Position numbers and translations under genes: made by a program
In this document: positions 19,490-29,685 of the stretch, piece by piece
Layout: each line of letters opens with the position of its first letter
Position numbering within the stretch: position 1 is the first letter of the stretch
The notes under the pieces: generated by a model
What the model was told of the DNA's origin: nothing
Databases searched by the model: none
What the model saw: the letters and a program-made list of their open reading frames with translations, nothing else
IMG/VR virus record: IMGVR_UViG_3300025889_000092
Span: 17,808-81,807 of that record
From: a virus
Strand: one strand, 5' to 3'
Length of the DNA: 64,000 nucleotides

Positions 19490-19799
19490 TGCAATACCCT
19501 GAGAAAGAATTCCATGCGTCGCTTAGCACTTTAGCTGAATCAAAAAGAAAATTTGAGATGTTGGTTTCCGCCGGGTCTAATTTGCAGTAATGCCTACCCT
19601 CAACCAGACCGGACTCCCCTTTTGATGTAATACCTTGGTAAACGAGTTTATCTATGACAACAGGTTGCACACCAAGACGCGCAGCTACTGTTTTTTTGTT
19701 TACGAACGCTGTGGTGACCCCGCCAGACGAAGAGTTGGCAATGATCATCAAACTTGCGTCAATGTTCCTCAAAATTTGAAGTAAATCTTTGGTCAACAT
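19482..19799 (-). CDS. Excisionase-like winged-HTH protein
   Basis: Likely start ATG 19799; KTVAARLGV...LVEGRHY. Confidence 0.55.
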   Translation of the reverse strand: MLTKDLLQILRNIDASLMIIANSSSGGVTTAFVNKKTVAARLGVQPVVIDKLVYQGITSKGESGLVEGRHYCKLDPAETNISNFLFDSAKVLSDAWNSFSGYCNG

Positions 19800-19814
19800 G
19801 TTTAAGATTGTTAA

Positions 19815-19940
19815 AAAATGAGGGGCTGCCCCGGCACCTGATATCAGGCACAGGGGTTCAGTTACCACGATCAGGAAATGGCGAAAACTGATCGTACCCC
19901 GGAGGTTACTGGCACAGGGCCATTCTTACAAGTACCAGCG
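19815..19940 (-). ncRNA. Candidate structured RNA (hairpin plus three-way junction)
   Basis: Four intergenic stems; G-U pairs form only on the minus strand; ends in a U tract. Confidence 0.4.
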
Positions 19941-19948
19941 ATGTAATT

Positions 19949-20371
19949 TTAGGGTTGTTTAAGCCAATCTGAGTCAGATAAGTCGCTGAGTTTAGTGTTT
20001 TTTCGATTAAAACCAGAGCGAACGGTCTTTGAAATAGCCGGTTGCTCGAATCTTGACCTTAGATGTGCTGGATTTACGCAGCCGATAGTTCCGCATATCC
20101 TTTTTACGCAGAAATTACCGATATCTGCTTTATAAAACCCATAAAAAATGTTTTCTATATTTATTTTTTTACCTTGTATTGTTATCGTTTTATACTCTGT
20201 CTTCCAGCACTTACACATATCCCTGTTTTGAAGGGTTAATTGTGTAAAAAGTGCCCTGAGGTCAGGAGAAATTTGATTCAGATCGGGTTCTGAAGCTCCC
20301 TCGTTTATTGACTCGAGGCACTGTTGGCAGACTGTATCGGTGTTTAAGTGATCTTTGTTCCTTAAACACAT
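19949..20371 (-). CDS. HNH/His-Cys-box-derived zinc-binding protein
   Basis: CW...CVKRICGTIGCVNPAHL. Confidence 0.65.
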   Translation of the reverse strand: MCLRNKDHLNTDTVCQQCLESINEGASEPDLNQISPDLRALFTQLTLQNRDMCKCWKTEYKTITIQGKKINIENIFYGFYKADIGNFCVKRICGTIGCVNPAHLRSRFEQPAISKTVRSGFNRKNTKLSDLSDSDWLKQP

Positions 20372-20374
20372 GAC

Positions 20375-20800
20375 TCAAAGATCATTGAGTATGCACTCAA
20401 GTTTAGGAACGAAATCACTAGGTTCCTCAACCAGAAGCTCGACAAGATCTTTAAGTTTTCCCTTCAAATCAGGGCTTTCCTTAGGGTCGTTCAAGATCCC
20501 CCAGTACTTGTAGGCGTTGAGCAGATAAAGGTGCGTTTGCTTAGCTCGGAGAGCCTGGGTTTTCCATTTTTCAAAGTCAAAACTGCTTTGATGTCGGCTA
20601 CTACCGGTCTTAAGTTCAAGCTCTCGAATTTCAATTTGAAGCTCAATGTCCCGAATCGTGTATTCGATAGAAGAGATCTTGGCTTTGCACTCAGCGATGT
20701 TGTTGGGTTCCTCGGAATCGGAATAAATCCAGGGAGGAAGATTGTCGATGATGTACTTCTTATCCCAGAGACAGGGTTTTTGTTCCGGCGTGGAAATCAT
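20375..20800 (-). CDS. Coiled-coil hypothetical protein
   Basis: ORF track; ATGA overlap with the upstream gene. Confidence 0.7.
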   Translation of the reverse strand: MISTPEQKPCLWDKKYIIDNLPPWIYSDSEEPNNIAECKAKISSIEYTIRDIELQIEIRELELKTGSSRHQSSFDFEKWKTQALRAKQTHLYLLNAYKYWGILNDPKESPDLKGKLKDLVELLVEEPSDFVPKLECILNDL

Positions 20801-21018
20801 GAGCTCAAAATGGAGTGAATTAATGCGTTGTAATTGCCGTCGATCACATAAAGAACATGTGACTCAAAGCTTACCCTAACGATCAGCTTGTACTTTCTTA
20901 GCTGTTTTAAGTCCCGTAAGAGTTTTTGTTTTGACAGTCCTAACTCATCGAGGATTTCTTTAAGGGATAACGGCTGCCGACATAGTAACAGATAAATTAA
21001 ATTCGAGTGATGGCTCAC
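20797..21018 (-). CDS. Winged-helix (ArsR/MarR-like) regulator
   Basis: Likely GTG start at 21018 (GTGA overlap); PLSLKEILDELGLSKQKLLRDLKQL..YKLI. Confidence 0.7.
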   Translation of the reverse strand: MSHHSNLIYLLLCRQPLSLKEILDELGLSKQKLLRDLKQLRKYKLIVRVSFESHVLYVIDGNYNALIHSILSS

Positions 21019-21719
21019 ACAAGCACTGATTTTTTTAAATTCGTAATTGTTCGTAGAGAAAGCTGACAATTGTACTTCGCTTCGAGGAGCAGTTGAATCG
21101 TCTTGTTTGAAAACTTCTTGGTAAGCCATAGACGAACATCCTCCTTCATTTGAGGGGTAACTTTGGTTGCGGGACTCAGGGTCCGCATCATGTGATACGG
21201 ATTGACACAGTCTTCACATCCGCAGGTTGGCAGCACCTTGTCCCTGGTCGCCAACTCAATGTCATAAAACTTTGAGAAAACGAATCTTCTCGGGCGCATG
21301 ATCGTCCCATCCCTGTCGACAAGACGTTGAAACTGCTTAGGAAGAAACAAGTGGTCCTGAGCGTTTACGCGAATCCTGTTTTGGGCCAGCCAAGCGGAAA
21401 CCTGATCGGAGGGGCTTCTGGCGTCTCGGTCTTCTTGGATGCAGGTCGGGCATGCGAAGCGCCCGGAAACCCTGTGGGAACGCGCCAGGTCTTCAGTGGC
21501 TACCCATTCAGGGTCTGAGCGACCGCACGAGCAAGTCAGCCGGGCATACGAACCGAAGTCTTCAACGGTGTAAGCGTCGAGCTTGTACGTGTTTTCTGGG
21601 TCTCCGTCGGGTTTTTGGGCTGTTAAAGGCGTCTGAACGACAAGTCCAAAGACGGAAACCAACACAGGGTTGGTCACGATGTGATCTGGATTGACATGTT
21701 GATCACAGAAGGATAGCAC
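21015..21719 (-). CDS. Zn-ribbon + HNH-derived domain + HTH protein
   Basis: CSCG...CPTC; RRFVF...VLPTCGCEDCVNPYH; C-terminal LSLRTITNLK. Confidence 0.65.
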   Translation of the reverse strand: MLSFCDQHVNPDHIVTNPVLVSVFGLVVQTPLTAQKPDGDPENTYKLDAYTVEDFGSYARLTCSCGRSDPEWVATEDLARSHRVSGRFACPTCIQEDRDARSPSDQVSAWLAQNRIRVNAQDHLFLPKQFQRLVDRDGTIMRPRRFVFSKFYDIELATRDKVLPTCGCEDCVNPYHMMRTLSPATKVTPQMKEDVRLWLTKKFSNKTIQLLLEAKYNCQLSLRTITNLKKSVLV

Positions 21720-22040
21720 GGTCCGCTTTGCCCTTGGACTTAGTTTTTCTATTCAATGGTTTTCTTAACGAAATTTGCGTGTCGCTTGTGTCTCACTCGG
21801 TCTGAGCCCCATAGCTACCGCAAAAAGACGGAACTTTTGTTTTTGCTCATAGTATTATATAAATTAATTTTAAATACGTTTACAGAATCCAATTCTAAGG
21901 AACTTCTCGTTAAGCCCCGGTTCCACAGAACTTTTTTTGCTGCGAAGGGTAAGCGAGGGAAGCACCGTGGTAACACGATCTACAGATTTTCTTTGGCAAA
22001 CAGGTATTATGGAATCATTAAGCACTCTGGCTGAGCCCCA

Positions 22041-22196
22041 ATGGTTACCGTGCATCCTGCAACCTCGGAGTCTCCTGAAGTCGAGTATTGGCAAGAGTGT
22101 CGGCGACGTGCTCAAGAGCTGAACATCCCCGCCTGGCAGCTTGCGGAGTCTGAGTGGCATCACGAGCTACTAGACAACTCCAAGCGCAATCAATAA
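22041..22196 (+). CDS. Small hypothetical protein (51 aa, not in track)
   Basis: MVTVHPATSESPEVEYWQECRRRAQELNIPAWQLAE. Confidence 0.5.
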   Translation: MVTVHPATSESPEVEYWQECRRRAQELNIPAWQLAESEWHHELLDNSKRNQ

Positions 22197-22224
22197 CATC
22201 TAGGGGATTTCACATGAACTTCTC

Positions 22225-22569
22225 GTGAAGACCGAGCACTCTGAAGAATTGTTTCAAGATCGTTTTGTTCAGATGTACGAGATGTACCTCGATGGGGACT
22301 CGTACGAAAAGATCGGGAAGCGTTTCAAGCTCAGTAGAGAGCGTGTTCGTCAGATACTTAAAAACCGGAGCTCAGAGGACGAATACGAACAAATAAGAAA
22401 AAGAATCTTGAGCAAACGTGTAAACACTTGGCAAGTTAAAGAAATAGCTAACCTCATTAAAACGGGTCATTCCTGTCGTCAGATCGCTGAAGTTTTAGGT
22501 TGCAGCGTTGACTGTGTTAAACGGATTTCGTCGAAGTACAAATTTCAAGAGTTACGAAAAGTAAGCTAA
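22225..22569 (+). CDS. Double HTH (sigma-70 region 4-like) protein
   Basis: SYEKIGKRFKLSRERVRQI and SCRQIAEVLGCS. Confidence 0.8.
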   Translation: MKTEHSEELFQDRFVQMYEMYLDGDSYEKIGKRFKLSRERVRQILKNRSSEDEYEQIRKRILSKRVNTWQVKEIANLIKTGHSCRQIAEVLGCSVDCVKRISSKYKFQELRKVS

Positions 22570-22609
22570 TATTTAGTAAGGAGGGCCGTATTTACAAAGA
22601 GCATAATAG

Positions 22610-23443
22610 ATGCCCGCGTGCCCGCATTATCCCAGTCGACACAGTTTACACACTCCTAATTTTGGAGGCGCTATTGCAGCGCTTGTAGAATGTATCAATA
22701 CGATTAGCGGCGTGGGAACTACATCCTTTACGATTGACCCCTCGGGTTACGCCGCGAATTTCGAGGGTTTAGTTCAGGTTATTGAGGATTTGAACTTCAC
22801 CATGAGCGGTATTACCGCTGGAGGTGGAGGAGGCTCTTATAACGCAGGTTCTGGTTTATATCTAACAGGTGGCGACACCTTTAACGTTAACTTTGAAACT
22901 GTTTACCAGGAAGTTGTTTCTGGTCACTTCTTTGCTGAAGCTGATCTCGCTGTAACTTTCAGCGGTAACAATGTCGTTTATAGCGGCAGCCAAGGCGGCG
23001 GCGGTGGCGGCGGAGGAGGAGGCGCAACTGTCGGAACCAGTCCTGGTGTTGGCTTTACCGACGGTTCGCTTTGGTTTGATACTAATGAAGGCCGTCTCTT
23101 CGTTTACGCGTCTGGCGCTTCGGTCTCCGACCCAGATTGGTACCAAACTAACGCTGAAGCTCTTGCCTACAAGTCTGAAGAACCACCTTCCGGCGCTGGT
23201 TACAACGCGCCGCCGCGTGATGGCTCACTGTGGTTTAACACTTTAATAGGTAACCTGTTTGTATACGATGCCGTTTCGAGTGGGTGGTATGAAGCTGGTC
23301 CTTCTCGATCTTTCGCTTACGGTGCTGCTGCTCCCGCTCCCACTGTTGAAGGAGCAGGTTGGTTGGATTCGACTGTTAATCGTTTGAAGATCTGGAACGG
23401 AACCTCTTGGGCAGATATTGATATTGACGGAGGTGTCGTTTAA
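22610..23443 (+). CDS. Tail fibre-associated protein
   Basis: Three GxLWFxT..GxL.VY-type repeats; poly-Gly linkers. Confidence 0.7.
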   Translation: MPACPHYPSRHSLHTPNFGGAIAALVECINTISGVGTTSFTIDPSGYAANFEGLVQVIEDLNFTMSGITAGGGGGSYNAGSGLYLTGGDTFNVNFETVYQEVVSGHFFAEADLAVTFSGNNVVYSGSQGGGGGGGGGGATVGTSPGVGFTDGSLWFDTNEGRLFVYASGASVSDPDWYQTNAEALAYKSEEPPSGAGYNAPPRDGSLWFNTLIGNLFVYDAVSSGWYEAGPSRSFAYGAAAPAPTVEGAGWLDSTVNRLKIWNGTSWADIDIDGGVV

Positions 23444-24147
23444 TGGCTAATTATCAACGTTTAAAGCGGACTACTTCTACTGTCCAAACAGGCGATCCTG
23501 CTGTTGGAGAGCTGATTGTTAATACTCCCTCCGGTTATGTATATACGACTAGGGATGATGGTGCTCTTGTTTTACTAAATAACGGCATTCCTGGTCCGAT
23601 TGGCCCGAGCGGCGTGGTCGGGCCGTCCGGTGCAGTCGGTCCTAGCGGCGTTATAGGTCCAAGTGGAGCCATCGGACCTGCAGGTAGTGGACTCATACCG
23701 TATTACGGCTCTTTTTACAGCAATGCAAACCAGACAAACGCATCTGGTACTGCTGTAAATCATATGACGTACAACAATACAGCTGAGGTTAACGGAGTTT
23801 CCGTTGCTTCTGGCTATATTGTCCAGGTAGCTAATTCGGGTGTTTATAACGTCAAATTCACCGCTCAGATCCAGAAGTCGAATGCCAGTTCCGAAGATAT
23901 ACAGATTTGGATTGCGAAAAATAACGTCAATGTTGCTGACTCCAACACGAGTTTGACGATACAGGGGTCAAACAACCGAATCGTTGCAGCGTGGGGTTGG
24001 TTTATTGCTTTAGATCGTAACGAACATGTGGACCTCCGTTGGCATTCAACAGATACTTCAATGTTCTTATTAGCTTCTGGCGCTAATAATTTACCTACAA
24101 GACCCGCTATTCCTTCTGTTAGTTTAACAGTTAATAGAGTTGGTTGA
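23443..24147 (+). CDS. Collagen-like fibre protein with C1q/TNF-like head
   Basis: Gly-X-Y run GIPGPIGPSGVVGPSG...; YGSFY...SGVYNV.F..Q. Confidence 0.75.
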   Translation: MANYQRLKRTTSTVQTGDPAVGELIVNTPSGYVYTTRDDGALVLLNNGIPGPIGPSGVVGPSGAVGPSGVIGPSGAIGPAGSGLIPYYGSFYSNANQTNASGTAVNHMTYNNTAEVNGVSVASGYIVQVANSGVYNVKFTAQIQKSNASSEDIQIWIAKNNVNVADSNTSLTIQGSNNRIVAAWGWFIALDRNEHVDLRWHSTDTSMFLLASGANNLPTRPAIPSVSLTVNRVG

Positions 24148-24345
24148 CACGCACGGTTTGACCCGTATACTTGGTCCGCTTCACCCTCCTTATGGCCAAA
24201 CCCAAGTCCACTCTTAACAAAATTGAGTCCAAGCCTAAGAAGACCCGTCAAGGAGACGGTCAGCACTCAAAGGCTTCTCATGGAAGGAAAAAATATCGCG
24301 GACAGGGAAAATAAAAGTAGAATTAAAATAGTAAATACCCCGTAA

Positions 24346-24831
24346 ATGTCTTTTGCCACATTTTTGGCGGGGGAGACTTTAAGCCCCGGCGATCCCGTTG
24401 CTCTCACAAGTGGTGGAGTCGTTTATAAGTGCTGTGCTGTCGACCCCAACACCCACTTTTTAGCTGGTGTTTGTTTAGAAAGCGGCACAGCTAACGGTCA
24501 AGTCCGCGTGGGAACGGATAACGCCGGGAGCATTTATTCTGGTTTGACTCCAGGTTATCCCTATTATGTTGGTTTAGCTTCGGGTACTTTAGTTAATAGT
24601 TACGATCAATTTATTACCGATTTGGGTAACACTGGATATGGAAGTGCAGTACTTAATTACGTTGGTCGAGCTATTACTAGTTCGCGCATTTCTGTTGAGC
24701 GTTCCAATCCAATTACTATTACAAATCCGACAGCGGGAAGTTTCTTACTAGAGTCTTCTGTCAGTATTGTGACCCCATTTTTCATTCTTCAAGAAGATGG
24801 GTCTAAAATTACCTTAGAAGGTGCTTCCTAA
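24346..24831 (+). CDS. Virion structural protein (paralogue of 29686)
   Basis: AGETLSPGDPV, GLTPG.PYYV, VGRAI motifs. Confidence 0.65.
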   Translation: MSFATFLAGETLSPGDPVALTSGGVVYKCCAVDPNTHFLAGVCLESGTANGQVRVGTDNAGSIYSGLTPGYPYYVGLASGTLVNSYDQFITDLGNTGYGSAVLNYVGRAITSSRISVERSNPITITNPTAGSFLLESSVSIVTPFFILQEDGSKITLEGAS

Positions 24832-25583
24832 TGGCTAACGAGAAGATTTCGCAATTTACACCACTAACTACGTTAGCCAGTGGTGACTATTTACCTATTA
24901 TCGACATTTCTGAACCCGCTGCTGCGGATCAGAACAAACGAGTTGGCATTGATATTCTTGACGGTCGGTATTATGCCGCAGCTAGTGGGGATGCCGCACT
25001 AACCTTAGCTGTTTCCGCTCAAGCTTCAGGTAACGCCGCACTTGTTGATGCAGCAGTTGCGTCTGTTGCTCTCGCTTCCGGTAACGCCGCACTTGTTGAT
25101 GCAGCAGTTGCGTCTGTTGCTCTCGCTTCCGGTAACGCTGCTCTTGTAGATGCTGCTACCGCTCAAGCTTCAGGTAACGCAGCTTTAACTGACCTTAGCG
25201 GCAAGTACGACAAGACCGGTGGTCCTATCTCGGGTCCCGTAACCGTTCAGTCTCAGTCGATCGGTACGATCTCGACCTCGACTGTCTCTGGTGTCATATT
25301 CCTCGATTTCGGCAGCGGTAATAATTTTGATATCACCCTTAACGACGCTAACAACACTCTGGCGGCTCCTACCAGCGCCAGTGGCGGTCAGACTGGTCAG
25401 ATCGTTATCCGCCAAGACGGCGGGGGGAGTCGATTACTAAGTTACAGCGGCGGTTGGCAGTTTACCGGCGGTTCAGCACCTACCCTTTCGACTGCTGCTG
25501 GGTCTACCGATGCACTTACTTATTACTGCGCATCTTCTTCGGGCTTCTTAGCTATTCTTACCGCAAACTTCCAGGGAGTTTGA
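24831..25583 (+). CDS. Tail fibre protein with ASGNAAL repeats
   Basis: MANEKISQF start; KYDKTGG.ISG; GQTG.I..RQDGGGSR.L domain. Confidence 0.75.
   Translation: MANEKISQFTPLTTLASGDYLPIIDISEPAAADQNKRVGIDILDGRYYAAASGDAALTLAVSAQASGNAALVDAAVASVALASGNAALVDAAVASVALASGNAALVDAATAQASGNAALTDLSGKYDKTGGPISGPVTVQSQSIGTISTSTVSGVIFLDFGSGNNFDITLNDANNTLAAPTSASGGQTGQIVIRQDGGGSRLLSYSGGWQFTGGSAPTLSTAAGSTDALTYYCASSSGFLAILTANFQGV
25029..25130 (+). repeat. Perfect 51-bp tandem duplication
   Basis: ggtaacgccgcacttgttgatgcagcagttgcgtctgttgctctcgcttcc x2. Confidence 0.95.
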
Positions 25584-25586
25584 TAG

Positions 25587-28049
25587 ATGGCTTTAGGTTC
25601 TAAGCTCGCTCCCTTTTTTGGCGCTGCTGGAGCTGCCGGAGCTGGTGGCTACGAGATCGAACGTTCGCTGCGGTTCAACTCATCGGATAGCGCATCGCTT
25701 ACGAAAACTTTTAACGCAACTGGCAGTCAAACTACCTATGCATTTTCTTTTTGGCTAAAGAAGACCAACAACAGTAGTATTTACCAAAACATCCTTATTG
25801 ACAACGATTCAAGCAGCTCTCAGATAAGAATAAACGATACTACTGGTGGATTTGAGTTGCGCTTTGCTGCTGCAGGAGCCAGTGCCGCTTTAACAACAAA
25901 TAGAAAGTTTAGAGACCCTTCTGCGTGGTATCACATTGTCTGCGTCTACGACTCCACCAATGCAACGTCTAGCAACAGGATGCGAATCTATGTCAATGGC
26001 GTGCGTGAGACTAGCTTTTTAGGCGAGACACAACCGACACAAAACTTAGCTAGCGCGTTCATAACTAATGGGCACACATACACACTAGGTTATTTTGCCG
26101 CAAACACGGCTATCGACGGGTATTTAGCTGAGGTCAACTACCTGGATGGTCTCACCCCCGGCACTGCTACAGACGATGCCAACGGTTCTGTCACGGGTAT
26201 TCCCAACGCCCAGTACCTGACGGACTTCGGGGAGTTTGACGCCACCACTGGCGTGTGGAACCCCATCGAATATACCGGCAGCTATGGCACCAACGGCTTC
26301 CACCTGGATTTTGCGGATAACTCTTCTGCCGCTGCACTGGGCTACGACGCCGCTGGTTCTAATGATTGGACCGTCAACAATCTGAGTGTGACGGCTGGTG
26401 CAGGTAACGACTCCCTGCGCGACTCGCCCACGAACGGCGACCCGGCGAATGACACCGGACTTGGCGGAGAAGTGCCGGGGAACTATTGCACTTGGAATCC
26501 TATTGCATCTAACTCTATTTATTTTGCTACACTTTCCAACGGCAATTTAGATGCTGCAGCTAGCGGTAATGCGCGAATAGCATTTGGAACTATTGCTATT
26601 CCTTCATCCGGAAAGTGGTATTTTGAGGTTACAACCACTGGAAGCCCAAGCTATCCATATATCGGTGTTGCAAGTTATGGCGATACAAGCACCGCCTACC
26701 CCCAGGACAACATTTTTCCAAGTGTCACCTATTACGGCACGGACGGCACAAAAGATGTAGACGGAACTTATAGTGCTTATGGCGCTACATACAGCAACGC
26801 AACCATTGGCGTAGCCGTCAATGTTGACTCGTCTCAAGTCACTTTCTATAAAGACGGCGTTTCTCAAGGAGCAATCTCCAAAGCGGTTGTTGGAGCGTTT
26901 CCTTTTGTAAGCACTGCGGGCGGCAGCGGAACGTTTATAGCAAACTTCGGCCAACGCGCCTTCGCCTACAGCGCCCCCAGCGGCTTCAAGGCGCTATGCA
27001 CAGCCAACCTTCCGACGCCGACCATTGCAGACGGCAGCACCGCGATGGATGTGGCGCTTTATACGGGTAATGGAACGTCTGTCACGGTCGCGGATCTAGC
27101 TTTTAGTCCTGATTTTGTTTGGTTGAAAGGTCGTTCAGACCCGGACAGACATGGTTTGTATGACACTGTGCGTGGAGCTACCAAGCGCCTTCAGTCTTCG
27201 GAGACCAATGCAGAGGATACGCAAAACGGGGTAACTGCTTTTAATTCTGATGGTTTTGTTGTCGGAAATTACGCCGAAACGAATGGAAGTGGTAGGACGT
27301 ATGTCGGCTGGACCTGGGACGCCGGCACGAGCAACGCAACCAACACCAGCGGCACAATAACCAGCACCGTCCGCGCTAACATCTCGGCGGGATTCTCGAT
27401 TGTTACCCTAAGTTATTCGGAATTATCAGGTGCTGTAACCGTTGGGCATGGGTTAGGCGTGGCGCCAAAGATGATCATTGTCAAACGCAGAAATACCACC
27501 GGGAATTGGTATGTCGCTCATACTGGGCTTACGAATATGAGTGGCTACTACCTACTTCTAGAGTCCACAGCGGCTCAAGGTGCTGCAAGCTGGGGAAGCG
27601 CGCCAACTTCCACTGTTTTTGGGATGAGTGACAACATATTTGGAACTGGAGATTACGTCGCCTACTGCTTCGCCCCAGTCGCGGGCTACAGCGCCTTCGG
27701 CAGCTACACCGGCAACGGCAGCGCAACTGACGGTCCGTTTGTTTATACCGGGTTTAGACCAAGGTGGGTGATGATTAAGGGTTATGTTGGCGGTCAAGGT
27801 AGTTCCTCTCAGTGGTTAATTATTGACACTTCAAGAGATACCTATAATGTTGCTGGCAATAAGCTTGCAGCTAATTTATCTGATCTAGAAAACTCCGCAA
27901 ACGTTGGTACAGTTACGCAGAATACTTTAGACATATTAAGTAACGGGTTTAAGCCAAGAACTTCAAACGGAAGCAGTAACGACGGTACCACTTCGTATGT
28001 GTGGGCAGCTTTCGCCGAAAACCCCTTCAAGTACACCCGTGCGCGATAG
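25587..28049 (+). CDS. Receptor-binding tail fibre (ConA/LamG + SPRY-like domains)
   Basis: SLRFN, RDPSAWYHIV, GKWYFE, NFGQRAF.Y.APSGFKAL, YTGNG, FSPDFVWLK motifs of cyanophage fibres. Confidence 0.85.
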   Translation: MALGSKLAPFFGAAGAAGAGGYEIERSLRFNSSDSASLTKTFNATGSQTTYAFSFWLKKTNNSSIYQNILIDNDSSSSQIRINDTTGGFELRFAAAGASAALTTNRKFRDPSAWYHIVCVYDSTNATSSNRMRIYVNGVRETSFLGETQPTQNLASAFITNGHTYTLGYFAANTAIDGYLAEVNYLDGLTPGTATDDANGSVTGIPNAQYLTDFGEFDATTGVWNPIEYTGSYGTNGFHLDFADNSSAAALGYDAAGSNDWTVNNLSVTAGAGNDSLRDSPTNGDPANDTGLGGEVPGNYCTWNPIASNSIYFATLSNGNLDAAASGNARIAFGTIAIPSSGKWYFEVTTTGSPSYPYIGVASYGDTSTAYPQDNIFPSVTYYGTDGTKDVDGTYSAYGATYSNATIGVAVNVDSSQVTFYKDGVSQGAISKAVVGAFPFVSTAGGSGTFIANFGQRAFAYSAPSGFKALCTANLPTPTIADGSTAMDVALYTGNGTSVTVADLAFSPDFVWLKGRSDPDRHGLYDTVRGATKRLQSSETNAEDTQNGVTAFNSDGFVVGNYAETNGSGRTYVGWTWDAGTSNATNTSGTITSTVRANISAGFSIVTLSYSELSGAVTVGHGLGVAPKMIIVKRRNTTGNWYVAHTGLTNMSGYYLLLESTAAQGAASWGSAPTSTVFGMSDNIFGTGDYVAYCFAPVAGYSAFGSYTGNGSATDGPFVYTGFRPRWVMIKGYVGGQGSSSQWLIIDTSRDTYNVAGNKLAANLSDLENSANVGTVTQNTLDILSNGFKPRTSNGSSNDGTTSYVWAAFAENPFKYTRAR

Positions 28050-28120
28050 AGAAACTAATAAAGTCGGCATTTGCTCTACCGTCGACTTAACGGTTAGAAT
28101 TTAAAAAAATCCTCGCGTCG

Positions 28121-28696
28121 ATGTTTGTCTTAAACGGAAAACCGTTAGCCCTCGATAGGCCGTTTGAGGCAAACGGTACCCTTTATCCTGCTAATTGGCT
28201 GAGGTTATCTTCAACCGCAGCTCGTGAAGCCATTGGTATTACTTGGGTTCCGGACCCTCCTTCTTACGACCAACGTTTTTACTGGGGATATACAGCTAGC
28301 GGTACGTTGATCCCTAAAGATCATGACCAACTGGTCACCCAGTGGACCGACACGACGCGTCAGGCGGCAAATAGCTACCTCACTCCGACTGACTGGATGG
28401 TCATTCGTGAGGCTGACAACGGCACCGTGGTACCCAGTGGCCTTAAGGCTTGGCGTCAGGATATCCGCTACGCCTGCGAAGGCAAGGTGACTATGCTGTC
28501 ATTGACCACCGATACTTTCGGACTGGCTGAGTACGTCACTTACGTAAGTCCCTCTGGCGGTGCTCCTTCTGATTACAACTATTGGCCCCGTGATCCCAGT
28601 TCTACTCCTATTTTTATTAGCGACTCTGCTTCTGACGGGCTGGAGCCTCTTATCGATGTCGAAACTGCAGGACCAATTAGCGGAGAAGCAGTTTGA
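28121..28696 (+). CDS. Tail fibre assembly chaperone-like protein
   Basis: YPANWL, YDQRFYWG, L.PTDW.V.R..D, W.Q.IR motifs. Confidence 0.75.
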   Translation: MFVLNGKPLALDRPFEANGTLYPANWLRLSSTAAREAIGITWVPDPPSYDQRFYWGYTASGTLIPKDHDQLVTQWTDTTRQAANSYLTPTDWMVIREADNGTVVPSGLKAWRQDIRYACEGKVTMLSLTTDTFGLAEYVTYVSPSGGAPSDYNYWPRDPSSTPIFISDSASDGLEPLIDVETAGPISGEAV

Positions 28697-28705
28697 TAGT
28701 TTGCG

Positions 28706-29584
28706 TTAAATTCGCGTTATCAAGGTTCTGAACTTAGAGCGCCAGTCCTGTTTCCATTGGTTCCAGAACGAGATGCACTTTTCCTGCATCTCCGAGGAAC
28801 CTTCTTTTTTTATACGCTTTACAACATCTGCCCAGTCGTTTTCAATAACAAACGGTATTTTTTCGGTACCAAAAAACACTGCGTGCCAGTAAGAGGGTTC
28901 CACTTTTATTTGCTCTGTGTGTTTTAGAGTAATAGGTATCGCGCCTGCTTCTAGTGCCTCGTATATACGGAAGCTGTCCATACTATCCTGACCCTGGGGG
29001 CACAAGGCAAACTTAGAGTTATTAAGTAGTTCTCTGTACTCTTCAGTACTCAAACCATCCGCAGCGTTAAAGCCGCTGCAAAAATGTGTCTTGAAGTTTG
29101 TGCTGTAACTTTTTAATTGTTCGACGGCGCTTCTACGCATGTCGTCATGCAAACTACCGGCAAAGCACCAGTCGTATTTTCGATCCTCGAACTTTTTAAT
29201 TTCAGTACTGCACTCACTAAAACCCTTCTTGTAGCCAAGACCGAACACAGTCAGTTTTGGATGCCTGTGGTAGAACGGATGGAAATAGTTACGCGCAACG
29301 AAAGCACAGTTGGGATCATGGAGGTACTCCATTGGCTCTCTCAGATTTTCATCAGATAGCAGTATCACTCCGTAGCGTTTCCCGTTTTGTCGTAAAGCGT
29401 CTAAATAAGCTCGATAGTTTACGGCGTGATTACATACAACAACACAGTCTTCTAAAGGAGGTAGGTTATCAAACGTGTTAGTGACGATTACCTCAACTTC
29501 TGCATCTTTAAATAGCTCTGAGAGCCAGTCGTACTCCCATTTATCCAGGTTGACATCAAACCAAATGACTTTTGTTCTTGTCAT
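28706..29584 (-). CDS. Exostosin-like glycosyltransferase (GT47)
   Basis: FAGS...RR, SKFALCPQG...SFRIYEALEAGAIPI. Confidence 0.85.
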   Translation of the reverse strand: MTRTKVIWFDVNLDKWEYDWLSELFKDAEVEVIVTNTFDNLPPLEDCVVVCNHAVNYRAYLDALRQNGKRYGVILLSDENLREPMEYLHDPNCAFVARNYFHPFYHRHPKLTVFGLGYKKGFSECSTEIKKFEDRKYDWCFAGSLHDDMRRSAVEQLKSYSTNFKTHFCSGFNAADGLSTEEYRELLNNSKFALCPQGQDSMDSFRIYEALEAGAIPITLKHTEQIKVEPSYWHAVFFGTEKIPFVIENDWADVVKRIKKEGSSEMQEKCISFWNQWKQDWRSKFRTLITRI

Positions 29585-29685
29585 ACGTCGATTTTAATGC
29601 TTGGCTAGTTTAAACCAAAGTCCGTAGCCGCCAACAAAAAACTTAGGTGGTAGACTTAAAAATATAACCCTGCCGACAGGGATAA

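Noticed and set aside
25029-25180. Direct repeats as CRISPR or DGR template
   Set aside because: In-frame coding repeats without spacers; no reverse transcriptase in the window
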